This document shows positions 28,583 through 37,378 of a stretch of DNA of 64,000 nt, one piece after another; within the stretch, counting starts at the first letter, position 1, and every line of letters begins with the position of its first letter. Under the pieces are notes generated by a model. It searched no databases. It was not told where the DNA came from and saw only the letters and a list, made by a program, of their open reading frames with translations. A program made the position numbers and the translations under genes. Where the stretch lies: the IMG/VR virus record IMGVR_UViG_3300050491_000011. One strand, given 5' to 3'. Origin of the DNA: a virus (lineage: Duplodnaviria; Caudoviricetes).

Positions 28583-29314
28583 ATGTTTAAAATTACAGCG
28601 CTGCACGTTATCGATGAACTGGGTCCTAAGTTCATGGAGTTCTTGAAGAAGAACCAACTGGTGGAGTTTGTCACCGATCCTGCTGGCTATCTGGATGAGA
28701 AGACCGTTATCGGTACTATCTTCTCGCTGGCTTACGGCAACGGTGTTCACTCCTCCCAGTTCGAGGAATGTAGTAAGCGCCTTGTTTCATTGTTGGGTGG
28801 GCATGTGCCTGAAGAGTTGGTCGATGAGCTTCTCTCGCAGGCACTGGGTTATCGGGATAGAGCTCAACTTCGTTCCAAGGCTGTAAAGCTGAAGTTCAAG
28901 TCGAGAACGTATTACTACCCGAGTGTGTGGCGTCACGGGATGACTGGCCGTAAACAAATCTTCGAGCCAGACTCCATTGCTCCAATCGACGTCAAGGTAA
29001 AGGTCATTGACTACTGGACGCTGTTCCAGGAACGTGGTTATGAAGATCAACCGACCACGTACTACACTCCAGTTGATTACATGGTTAAGGTGGCATTCCA
29101 CTACAACCAATGTCGTAAGACCTTGAAGGAATGTGCGCGTGACATGCAGATCCTGTCGTCTGGTCAACTGACCCTCGGTGATTCGTACAGACTCCTAGCT
29201 AAGGCGATGGGGTACGAGTCTTGGTATCATGCCAAAGTTTCATCCGCTCCTGATGAGAACATCGAAAACTTACGTAACCCACGTCCAAGCATCGGCGTCT
29301 ACGCCCAACACTAA
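28583..29314 (+). CDS. Hypothetical protein with two copies of a small helical (HTH-like) module
   Basis: GAGGA ribosome-binding site before ATG 28583; ELLSQALGYRD and RLLAKAMGYESW are internal repeats. Confidence 0.75.
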   Translation: MFKITALHVIDELGPKFMEFLKKNQLVEFVTDPAGYLDEKTVIGTIFSLAYGNGVHSSQFEECSKRLVSLLGGHVPEELVDELLSQALGYRDRAQLRSKAVKLKFKSRTYYYPSVWRHGMTGRKQIFEPDSIAPIDVKVKVIDYWTLFQERGYEDQPTTYYTPVDYMVKVAFHYNQCRKTLKECARDMQILSSGQLTLGDSYRLLAKAMGYESWYHAKVSSAPDENIENLRNPRPSIGVYAQH

Positions 29315-29326
29315 GAGTTAAGTCTC

Positions 29327-30823
29327 ATGACCATCCGCGAAGAAGTTATCGCTTTGAAACCCCAAACAACCGAACGTGAAACTCCTACTCGTATCTTCGG
29401 TGAAGCTGAAGTTCGTCAGACGTACATCACCAAGGCTAAGTTCGAAAGTGCTGGTCGGGGTTCCTTCAATCCTCTCGTCCTACTCGGCGCTAATGCCGAC
29501 TTCGACGGTAACGCATTGAGCAATCTGTTAGACGATGGTTTAGTGAAGTCTGAACAGTTAAAGCAGGTTCTTTTCACTCGAGGTTACCCGACAGACATCA
29601 ATTCCAACATCTCCCTTACTCCAGATGCGTTGGCTGATTACTCGCGCTTTATGTCTGAGCTGCAAACCACCACTGTTCTCGAGACAGCGGAAGCGGCCAA
29701 AGCTCTGATCATGGAAAGTAAACCTCTTGATGAGAGTGAGTACTTCAACCGTAAGATGTTAGCTAAGGCTGAAGCGACTGAACAGCGCATCCTTAAGTTG
29801 ATGGAACAAGGGATGACTCGCGTTGAGGCTGAGCAGGTAGTTGCTTATAATGCGGATCAGCTCAACAAGATGCGTCAGAAAGAATGGCGTCAACACATCA
29901 ACAGCTACGAGTTGGGTGGTCCTGACGATCCGAACCGCCGGCCGCTACGGAATGACCTGTACGACGATGCGATTGTCAATCGCCGGTATTCTTCGGTAGA
30001 GTTTCATGTGAATGCAATCGAGGACCACATCAACAGCATCCTGTCGGTCAAGGAGGCTGGTTGGGAAGGTCGGGTTATTCGTCTGCGTGAATTCCAAGCC
30101 AAGCTGCTGACTCCACTTGAAGAGCCTAAAGCTATTGAACCTGAGGAGCCGCCACCGCCACCACCTATTCTGGACTTCAGCACTGGTGATCTGGAAATGC
30201 CTGAGCGGTTCATCATCAAGGACCTCAAAGGCTTCGAGTTCAATCCAGATACCAAGTTCGATGGCCTACGTCTGCCGTATGACTCCTGCCTGTTTGTATT
30301 GGGTGATGAGTTGAAGGCTGTCGTTCTGGCTACTCAGGAAGACGAAGACGTCATCACTCTGAAGCTTCTGTCTGAAACCAAGACAGATATCCCTTGGCAC
30401 GCCACTGCAACGCTGTATGCGCGTCTTCAAGGCGATAAGGTTAAGGTTCGTTGGGGTAACACTAAACGCAGCCTGGATAAGCGTTTGGGTATGGTGTCGT
30501 CGATCCTTGCTTTCATCGCTGGTGAGCAGCTTAATGAAGTTGAGATCGAAACAGTTATCACCGCTCCTGAGCAAGATGTCCCACCACCTAAGCCGGGCAA
30601 CTGCTACAACGTGGTTAGTCTGGTACAAGGTCGTCGCGGTAAACGTACTGATTGGAAAGGTGGTACTCACGCCTCTCCTCGTGAACACAAACGCAAAGGT
30701 CACTGGTGGCCTGGCAAACACGGTCCTATCTGGATCAAGGCTACTATCGTGAACAAAGGTGTTCTCGGTAAAGTCGATAAAGAATATCACGTTACTAAAA
30801 TTGAGGAGGTTGTAAATGCCTGA
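29327..30823 (+). CDS. Multidomain accessory protein: N-terminal NADFDGN (RNAP-like) segment, helical middle, polyproline linker, C-terminal HxRxGHW domain
   Basis: NPLVLLGANADFDGN (29468-29512), EPPPPPP linker, and GGTHASPREHKRKGHWW near the C-terminus. Confidence 0.8.
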   Translation: MTIREEVIALKPQTTERETPTRIFGEAEVRQTYITKAKFESAGRGSFNPLVLLGANADFDGNALSNLLDDGLVKSEQLKQVLFTRGYPTDINSNISLTPDALADYSRFMSELQTTTVLETAEAAKALIMESKPLDESEYFNRKMLAKAEATEQRILKLMEQGMTRVEAEQVVAYNADQLNKMRQKEWRQHINSYELGGPDDPNRRPLRNDLYDDAIVNRRYSSVEFHVNAIEDHINSILSVKEAGWEGRVIRLREFQAKLLTPLEEPKAIEPEEPPPPPPILDFSTGDLEMPERFIIKDLKGFEFNPDTKFDGLRLPYDSCLFVLGDELKAVVLATQEDEDVITLKLLSETKTDIPWHATATLYARLQGDKVKVRWGNTKRSLDKRLGMVSSILAFIAGEQLNEVEIETVITAPEQDVPPPKPGNCYNVVSLVQGRRGKRTDWKGGTHASPREHKRKGHWWPGKHGPIWIKATIVNKGVLGKVDKEYHVTKIEEVVNA

Positions 30824-31148
30824 CGTACCAGCTGAATCCGAAATCACCCGCATGCGTAAGATTCACAGCGATGCAGTGATCGATCCTGATGCTCCACCGA
30901 AGACCATGGAAGAACATATCGGCGAAGTCGAGAAGTTCCTCACCAAACCTGCTGTACCGGCGGCCCTTGCTCCATGTGATGACGAGGTATTCAAGAAAGG
31001 TGTAAGTCTTGGTTTCTTCGACATGCCTAAACTGGAGGCGGAAGCTTACTGCGTCGAACAGTCCAAGATAACTGGACGTAAGCATGACTGGCACTATGTT
31101 GGTGGTCGTGTTCACATCAAGGCTATGCCTGAAGTAGAAGCTGAGTAA
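30816..31148 (+). CDS. Hypothetical protein (110 aa)
   Basis: GAGGAGG ribosome-binding site; overlaps the previous stop; followed by a terminator. Confidence 0.75.
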   Translation: MPDVPAESEITRMRKIHSDAVIDPDAPPKTMEEHIGEVEKFLTKPAVPAALAPCDDEVFKKGVSLGFFDMPKLEAEAYCVEQSKITGRKHDWHYVGGRVHIKAMPEVEAE

Positions 31149-31151
31149 ACG

Positions 31152-31192
31152 AGTAGCCTCCCTTCGGGGAGGTTGCTTCATTCTTTTTTTTT
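31152..31192 (+). terminator. Intrinsic terminator
   Basis: AGTAGCCTCCC-TTCG-GGGAGGTTGCT followed by a T-tract. Confidence 0.85.
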
Positions 31193-31536
31193 GTAAGAAA
31201 TGATCTCGGTGCTTATCTCTATGCATCACTCTAATTCATCTTGGGAAAGAGGAGGAAGGGTGGTGTTTACGAAGTAAACACCGGGTTGGTGGTGATAGGG
31301 ATAGACTAGACTCCGTAGCGAAATGAGTGAAACGATATTGAGTAGGAGTATCTTTAGTAGCGAGGAACTCGCTAAGAGGAATTAAGTTTTAACAAAACGT
31401 CCTAATGATATTTATAGGGCGTGTAAAAGGATAGGCCTACTGCCTATCCGAGTGAAAGTGCTTTTATGCTCTTTACTTAAAAAGCCCTAATGAAATGTAG
31501 GCAACTGCTCTTAATTGTTTTTCGAGGATTTCACCG

Positions 31537-32043
31537 ATGACTGAAGCTGAAGAGAAAGAGAAAGCAGCGAAGGCTGTAAAGGATACACAACCGGGTATGC
31601 ACCTGCGATCTCTGCCCGACGCTCGTGAATCGGGTGAGGTCATGATCGAACTCCCAACCACCATGCCGTTTGATGATGGCGTGAATGGATTGATTGAAAG
31701 TCTCGAAGCTAAGGGCTTTAAAGTTCGTTGGCGCCGTGAAGGCGAGGCTTCTTTCGAAGATGCATCTGAAGGCATCGACACTGGTCGCCCAGTAGCCGGT
31801 ACTCAGAATGGTGATAACAACATCATCAATGGCGTGAGCTTACCGAAGGTGGACGATCACTCCGTCTACAAAGTGGTAAAGCTGGTGCGCCCTGAAGATA
31901 CCGTCAAGGATGGCGAGAGCGGTTTGCTCTACCTGATGAATGGTAATGGTGATGTAAAGGAATACCTTCAGAATGAAGGATTCCTCGTTGTGGATGAAGA
32001 AGAACAGTTACACACTGCGATTCTGGAAGATGGTGAGGCGTAA
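31537..32043 (+). CDS. Acidic hypothetical protein (168 aa)
   Basis: GAGGA ribosome-binding site; follows a non-coding region of about 390 nt. Confidence 0.7.
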   Translation: MTEAEEKEKAAKAVKDTQPGMHLRSLPDARESGEVMIELPTTMPFDDGVNGLIESLEAKGFKVRWRREGEASFEDASEGIDTGRPVAGTQNGDNNIINGVSLPKVDDHSVYKVVKLVRPEDTVKDGESGLLYLMNGNGDVKEYLQNEGFLVVDEEEQLHTAILEDGEA

Positions 32044-32050
32044 ACTTGCG

Positions 32051-32079
32051 GCATAAAGACGGGGTGGGATTACCCACCC
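32051..32079. terminator. GCATAAA + hairpin between convergent genes
   Basis: GCATAAA at 32051; GGGTGGG-ATTA-CCCACCC at 32062-32079. Confidence 0.6.
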
Positions 32080-32096
32080 TATCCTAAACTGCTACA

Positions 32097-32109
32097 GTTA
32101 TACATTACC
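32097..32109 (+). promoter_or_regulatory. GTTATACATTACC candidate promoter
   Basis: Identical 13-mer to 58253-58265. Confidence 0.5.
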
Positions 32110-32119
32110 AACACGTCAA

Positions 32120-32959
32120 TCAGTACTTAGGTCTTGCACCCAAGGACAGCTTAAGGATTTTACGCTTAAGCTCCTGATCAGCAAGCATGCCGACTTTCTT
32201 CCAATCGACGTTGAGGTAATCCATGTACATCTGGTCAGCATCAGCGTAACTGTCGACAATCTCCCGGATACGTCCGAGACTTGCGCCAGCACGAATCTGA
32301 CCTTCATCCAGATCGATGATCAGGTTGTTGTAGATGTACGCCTTGACGGCACGGAAGACGAGTTCCGCAAACTCCGAGTAGTACATCGGGTCAAGGTTGT
32401 TGAAGTTCGCCTCGTGGGACACTCTGACACGTACTGCGCCGTCACCGACCAATTGGTTGATGTCGTTTACCAGAATCGTGTTAATACCTACGAGTTGAAC
32501 GTATGCTGTACCCATTACGGTACTGCCGCTAACGGCCCGCATGATGTCACGACCAACCATGAGCATATCGCCAGCACGACGATCGAAACCTGAGTTAGTA
32601 CTGCTACTCAGGCCTTGAGTCAAACCGTAGATAAGTTCATGAACAGTTGTGATGTTCCGACCACCCAATGCTTCACGGGGGAATCGGTACACTACGTTGT
32701 AAGCATCGATGAAATCAACTTCCGCAAAACACAACGGAAGGAACATTTCAGTACCAGAGTTCAGGTTGACATCGATTGCAACACGAGCCTCAATAACAAG
32801 CTCGCGGATACGCTGATCAATTGACAGCCCATTGACGTTATCGAAATAACGCTCTTGGCGAGTTGGGTCGTAACGCTTTGGCATGAATGCTTGCTTCAAG
32901 ATATCCGGTGGAATACCGTTCTTGACACGCATGATTGCCACTGTAACCGGATCTGACAT
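32120..32959 (-). CDS. Conserved jumbo-phage hypothetical (probable virion) protein, divergent from phuZ
   Basis: GGAGG ribosome-binding site before ATG 32959; 279 aa. Confidence 0.7.
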   Translation of the reverse strand: MSDPVTVAIMRVKNGIPPDILKQAFMPKRYDPTRQERYFDNVNGLSIDQRIRELVIEARVAIDVNLNSGTEMFLPLCFAEVDFIDAYNVVYRFPREALGGRNITTVHELIYGLTQGLSSSTNSGFDRRAGDMLMVGRDIMRAVSGSTVMGTAYVQLVGINTILVNDINQLVGDGAVRVRVSHEANFNNLDPMYYSEFAELVFRAVKAYIYNNLIIDLDEGQIRAGASLGRIREIVDSYADADQMYMDYLNVDWKKVGMLADQELKRKILKLSLGARPKY

Positions 32960-33042
32960 AACGAATCCCTCCAATAGGACTCAAGTGATTTCGCTTGAAG
33001 CCTCTTACCATTGTTGCACCAACCATCCATTAGGAGCTGTAC

Positions 33043-34050
33043 ATGTCTGAAGTAATCAACACTGGCCTGATCAACGTTCGTCCTCGCACTATCCGTTTCT
33101 ACGCCTGTGGTGGTACTGCAATCAACCAACTGCGCGCTTACCGTGACAACCATCCGGGCGAGCCGCGTCTGCACGGCGACGAGAAATACAGCTACATCGA
33201 TACTTCCTTCGCCAACCTCGACGGCGCTCTGCTGTCCGAAACCTTCACCCTGAAAGGTGTCGATGGTTCCGGTTCCAACCGTAAACAGAACGCGGCGAAG
33301 ATCGTTGCTGCGCTGCCTGAAATCATGTTGGCTCATCAGGCTGCTGATTTCAACGTCGTGATCTTCTCTCTGTCGGGCGGTACTGGCTCTGTTGCCGGTC
33401 CGATCATTCTGAAAGAACTTCTGGCCAAAGGTCACAAAGCTGTCGGCGTTACTTCCGCAGCCTTCACCTCCGGCAAGAAATCCTCCAACGCCATCGATAC
33501 CCTGACTGGCCTGGAGCTGGCTGTTGCGTCCGTCGGCCGTCCGGTTGTTCTGAGCTACACCCCGAACGATCCGAACAAGACCGATTCCGACAACAACATC
33601 AAACCACTGTTCGTTCTGCAAACCCTGGCCAAATTGGCGAGCGGCAAGAACGGCCATCTGGATTCGTCCGACGTGGCGAACCTGTTCGACTTCCACACCG
33701 TAACCAACTACAAGCCATCGCTGGCTCTGCTGGATGTTTACGCCGGTGAAGAACAACTGAAAGCTGACGTCACCAGCGCCATCGGCATTGCCGGTTTGCT
33801 GAAAGACCGCACCAGCGTCATGCCAGCTATCAACGCTGCGTACGACACTGTGGGCTACCTGCCTGAAGACAACCGTGACTTCGCCAACTCCTTCTACTTC
33901 GTCGTTTCCATCGAGAAACTGAACGGCGTCGTGAAAGACATGAACGACCGCAAAGCTCAGGCTGAACTGAAAGAACGCGTCACCAACACTGTCTCCACCC
34001 TTGCTACCGCTGGCGTTGTGGTAGATGAAGCAACCGGCCTGGTCCTCTAA
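33043..34050 (+). CDS. phuZ: Phage tubulin PhuZ
   Basis: FYACGGTAIN nucleotide-binding loop, tubulin signature SLSGGTGS and an acidic-hydrophobic C-terminal knuckle (VVDEATGLVL); 335 aa. Confidence 0.93.
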   Translation: MSEVINTGLINVRPRTIRFYACGGTAINQLRAYRDNHPGEPRLHGDEKYSYIDTSFANLDGALLSETFTLKGVDGSGSNRKQNAAKIVAALPEIMLAHQAADFNVVIFSLSGGTGSVAGPIILKELLAKGHKAVGVTSAAFTSGKKSSNAIDTLTGLELAVASVGRPVVLSYTPNDPNKTDSDNNIKPLFVLQTLAKLASGKNGHLDSSDVANLFDFHTVTNYKPSLALLDVYAGEEQLKADVTSAIGIAGLLKDRTSVMPAINAAYDTVGYLPEDNRDFANSFYFVVSIEKLNGVVKDMNDRKAQAELKERVTNTVSTLATAGVVVDEATGLVL

Positions 34051-34068
34051 GACCTGAGCCGTAATTAG

Positions 34069-34099
34069 ACTGCGGGGCCAAGTGCCCCGCGGTTTATGC
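34069..34099 (+). terminator. Hairpin + TTTATGC after phuZ
   Basis: ACTGCGGGGC-CAAGT-GCCCCGCGGT-TTATGC. Confidence 0.65.
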
Positions 34100-34125
34100 T
34101 CTTAACATGAAACAGGTATACGAAC

Positions 34126-34350
34126 ATGGCTGTAAATCTGAATATGCGTTTTGTCTGTGACCACTGCGGTAACGTAGACGATCTGCATCACACTCATCAA
34201 TCGGGCGGTAACGGTTTTGAATGCCATCGTTGTAAGTTTGGCTACTGGCACAACCACTTCTCCGAAGACAAGTACGATGAAGTCCACCACGTCTGCACCA
34301 ACCGCGTCAACCCATACTTCAATGAAGACGGTTCACCGAAGTTCTGCTAG
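34126..34350 (+). CDS. Zinc-ribbon micro-protein (74 aa)
   Basis: CDHC...CHRC plus further His and Cys residues. Confidence 0.7.
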   Translation: MAVNLNMRFVCDHCGNVDDLHHTHQSGGNGFECHRCKFGYWHNHFSEDKYDEVHHVCTNRVNPYFNEDGSPKFC

Positions 34351-34361
34351 AACCACAAACG

Positions 34362-34407
34362 CTAGGAGATCCGTAAAACGGTCTCCTAGTGGCGTTCTTT
34401 CTTTTTT
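34362..34407 (+). terminator. Intrinsic terminator
   Basis: CTAGGAGA...TCTCCTAG stem followed by a T-tract. Confidence 0.7.
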
Positions 34408-34517
34408 GTTATCACGGTATTCATTTGTAACTGAAACGGCTCCTATGCATCCTGTAGAGCCTTGTAGATGTATTTATCTACAAAACGACCTAATCATGTA
34501 GGCTATAGGGGACACGT

Positions 34518-34910
34518 ATGTTCGAGAATTTAGAGTTACCTGACAGGGTGCTAGATGAAAGACACTTCACAGTTGTCGACATCACCGATCAGGTCGATCT
34601 GCTTAAGAGACACGGTCCATTCCATGAACCAGTAATGGAAGCATGGATGGCGCGGCACTACGCTAAGAATCATGGCGTAGCTTGTGTTAGTGCTAGTTTG
34701 TTCGATAGACCAGCCGAGCACAGCATGTTTGAAAGAATGCAAATGTCGTTAACTGCGACAGAGCTAGGGCTTCGTCCTGTTGACTTCCTTCCAGAGCCAG
34801 AAGATAACTGGCTGGATGAATGCGGCGTCTGGTTCTACGTTCGTGGAAACTATTTAGCAATGGGGAATAGCCGTGCTATTGAAAAATGTTGGCGACGACT
34901 GCGTAATTGA
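34518..34910 (+). CDS. Hypothetical protein, first of the small-gene array
   Basis: GGGGA ribosome-binding site; 130 aa. Confidence 0.7.
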   Translation: MFENLELPDRVLDERHFTVVDITDQVDLLKRHGPFHEPVMEAWMARHYAKNHGVACVSASLFDRPAEHSMFERMQMSLTATELGLRPVDFLPEPEDNWLDECGVWFYVRGNYLAMGNSRAIEKCWRRLRN

Positions 34911-35325
34911 TTTCTCAGAGATCAGTGACAATTTCTTCGGTGAAGCTACAAAGTTTACAAAAGAGCCAACATCCAGAGATAGACGAACTGTAGAACGTGT
35001 AGTTGGCGAGATGTTCGATGACTACATGACGAAGAGCATGACTTGGACTAAATCGTTCCATGACTTCAATGAGGGGTACTTCATCAATCGGTTGCCTAAG
35101 TGCTGCCGCGATCATCCGAACATCCGTACGATCATTATCGATGTTTACGATGAGATCTCCGATGTGATGGCTGAGGTGATGTCATTGCCTACATGGTACG
35201 ACGTATCAATGCGTGTATCAGGAACCGCCATCCGTATGGAGGTCGGTGAAGACCAGCGTATAGTTCAGTGGACAGAAGAGCACGGTCATGAGTATTCGAC
35301 TAACTACAACGGTAAAGGATGGTGA
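34873..35325 (+). CDS. Small acidic hypothetical protein (array member)
   Basis: 150 aa, acidic, with a C-terminal beta-hairpin-like YDVSMRVSGTAIRMEV. Confidence 0.65.
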   Translation: MLLKNVGDDCVIDFSEISDNFFGEATKFTKEPTSRDRRTVERVVGEMFDDYMTKSMTWTKSFHDFNEGYFINRLPKCCRDHPNIRTIIIDVYDEISDVMAEVMSLPTWYDVSMRVSGTAIRMEVGEDQRIVQWTEEHGHEYSTNYNGKGW

Positions 35326-35779
35326 TACTAACGTCCACGCTGTGGACGAGTGGTACTCACGGTTCAAATACACCATGGAGAACAATGGTACAGAGCTCCG
35401 TTGGCTTGACAGGGATGTAAGGAAGTTGATGGTAGACACCGCTCAACTGGTTCTTGATCCTTACTCATCCTCTCTCCAACAGCTCGTTACCAGAAACACC
35501 CGCAATCGGAGGCAGTACCTTGACCTCTTAGATCAGCTGGTGGAGTTCGACAATGAAATTCGGGAGGTTATCAGGGCGTGCTGTGGCAACGGCGGTACAG
35601 TTGCTGACGTCTATATCCCCCACGACAAACTTATACTCGTCTTCCAATTGGAAGAAGTTCGGAGGCCCAATGAAACTGGATTTGAAACTTATATCGAATC
35701 TTGTCGAGGAAGCGGTGAATACATCCACCCAGAACTCGACAAGCACCTCAGGCACTGGAGATCCATCGGCGGCGCCTAG
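35288..35779 (+). CDS. Small hypothetical protein (array member)
   Basis: 163 aa with VADVYIPHDKLILVFQLE; the exact start is uncertain. Confidence 0.6.
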   Translation: MSIRLTTTVKDGDTNVHAVDEWYSRFKYTMENNGTELRWLDRDVRKLMVDTAQLVLDPYSSSLQQLVTRNTRNRRQYLDLLDQLVEFDNEIREVIRACCGNGGTVADVYIPHDKLILVFQLEEVRRPNETGFETYIESCRGSGEYIHPELDKHLRHWRSIGGA

Positions 35780-36209
35780 CTATTCGTATAAGTACGTTAT
35801 TGTTGATGTCGGTGACTTCAACATGACTGACATATCCGAAAGCACGTTGATCGATCCGGGCGCTCTACTGAAGGCTGTATTGAAGTACGAGTTCTGGGAC
35901 GACGACTTCGACTTCAAACATCTGTCTCAGGACATCCCAGATCCGTCTGAAGGCAACGTATCTCTGGCACTCGACGCTTGGTACGCCGACAACGTAGATC
36001 GCATGCACGACACGTTTGAGTTTCTGCGTGATGTACGGCCGGCTGTTATCAGCGACTGCATCATCGTACACGGTCAATGCCTGATCGAAATCTGTAAGGC
36101 GTTGTCTCCTGAAGCCCAACTTGAATTGGACGATCCAGATCTCCACCTCGAGCCGGCTACGGATCTGGACGAGGATGACGCGGACGTTCAGGACGAAGGT
36201 GATGAATGA
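35670..36209 (+). CDS. Small acidic hypothetical protein (array member)
   Basis: GGAGG at 35661-35665 before ATG 35670; very acidic C-terminal tail. Confidence 0.65.
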   Translation: MKLDLKLISNLVEEAVNTSTQNSTSTSGTGDPSAAPSYSYKYVIVDVGDFNMTDISESTLIDPGALLKAVLKYEFWDDDFDFKHLSQDIPDPSEGNVSLALDAWYADNVDRMHDTFEFLRDVRPAVISDCIIVHGQCLIEICKALSPEAQLELDDPDLHLEPATDLDEDDADVQDEGDE

Positions 36210-36613
36210 AACTCGGAAGGGGAACACCGCGTTCTCTGATCGTGGATATCGATAACGAATTCCACGAAGCTCTGGTACGTTTGGGCGATCATGTCCCTTC
36301 GTACGAGCGAAACCAGTTCATCCAGTACACCGCTAGCATTCTGTTGATGTCGTTGTTGATGTGCGATAGGGATGGTGCAGTCGATGCATTCGAACGCATT
36401 ACCTCTCTTGCACACATCGATGACCAGAAGAAGCATGCGACTATCTGGGGTGAGTTCTTAGCGTTAGCCAACTACTTCCACAGCCACTACTACCATCATG
36501 ACGAATTGATAAGGGATCTTGAAGACATGATCCCTAAGAACCCGAAGGAATTCGCGGAGCTTATATTCGAGGTAGAGGTTGCTGAGAAGGGTGGTTATCT
36601 GAAGGTGAGTTGA
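36206..36613 (+). CDS. Small hypothetical protein (array member)
   Basis: ATGA overlap with the previous stop; 135 aa. Confidence 0.7.
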   Translation: MKLGRGTPRSLIVDIDNEFHEALVRLGDHVPSYERNQFIQYTASILLMSLLMCDRDGAVDAFERITSLAHIDDQKKHATIWGEFLALANYFHSHYYHHDELIRDLEDMIPKNPKEFAELIFEVEVAEKGGYLKVS

Positions 36614-37051
36614 ATGACTACAAACCGTGACTCGATTCGGATCATTGCTGAGATCGACGGACACGGCAGCCAGTGCTTATTCAATATCGCTGATGACTTG
36701 CAGAAGATGCCAGACTTTGAAGGTGAAAGCCTCGATTATCTGGCATCTCTGGTTCTCAGTTCGATTGTTGACTATTGGTGTCTAGCGGAGATGGACGAAC
36801 TGTCCTACATCCTAGGCGCCTGCGATGAGTACGATGATGTTGAAATAGGTCGTCGGGCTAAACGCGCACTAATGGATCTGTCGAAAGCCGATCTTATCGA
36901 TTTCCCGGATTTCTATAACACCAAGCTAACTCTGGTTGAGATAGCGCAAGAGCAGGAGAAGAAAGGTTGGAAGAAGTACAGGTTCACTGAGCCTGAAGTT
37001 AACCCCAACCGGAAGTTCTTCGTTGTCTGGATGGAATACCTCGAAGATTAG
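36614..37051 (+). CDS. Small acidic hypothetical protein (array member)
   Basis: Abuts the previous stop; 145 aa. Confidence 0.7.
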   Translation: MTTNRDSIRIIAEIDGHGSQCLFNIADDLQKMPDFEGESLDYLASLVLSSIVDYWCLAEMDELSYILGACDEYDDVEIGRRAKRALMDLSKADLIDFPDFYNTKLTLVEIAQEQEKKGWKKYRFTEPEVNPNRKFFVVWMEYLED

Positions 37052-37060
37052 GGAGGTCAG

Positions 37061-37378
37061 ATGTTGGAAACAGAACAATTTGTTATCGAGATAAATCCTA
37101 ACCACGGCGTATCTGACTCCGCCGTGGGTTTTATGCTGTCTAACTGGGTATTGGACTCCGCTGCCCGTAAGGAATGGCTGAGTACGGAAGTGCTGGTTAC
37201 CCTCACCCATGACTACAACCTCAACCTTAAAACCATTGAGAAGATGTCTGGTGATGTACTGGATGCCTTGGAGGACTGCGGGTTATATGCGCAACTGATG
37301 ACCGACGATCGCAGGCTTAGCTCAGTAACATGTAGGGTTAAGCGCGATGTGGCATTAATTGATCTGGAGTGGACATGA
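37061..37378 (+). CDS. Small acidic hypothetical protein (array member)
   Basis: GGAGG ribosome-binding site; 105 aa. Confidence 0.7.
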   Translation: MLETEQFVIEINPNHGVSDSAVGFMLSNWVLDSAARKEWLSTEVLVTLTHDYNLNLKTIEKMSGDVLDALEDCGLYAQLMTDDRRLSSVTCRVKRDVALIDLEWT

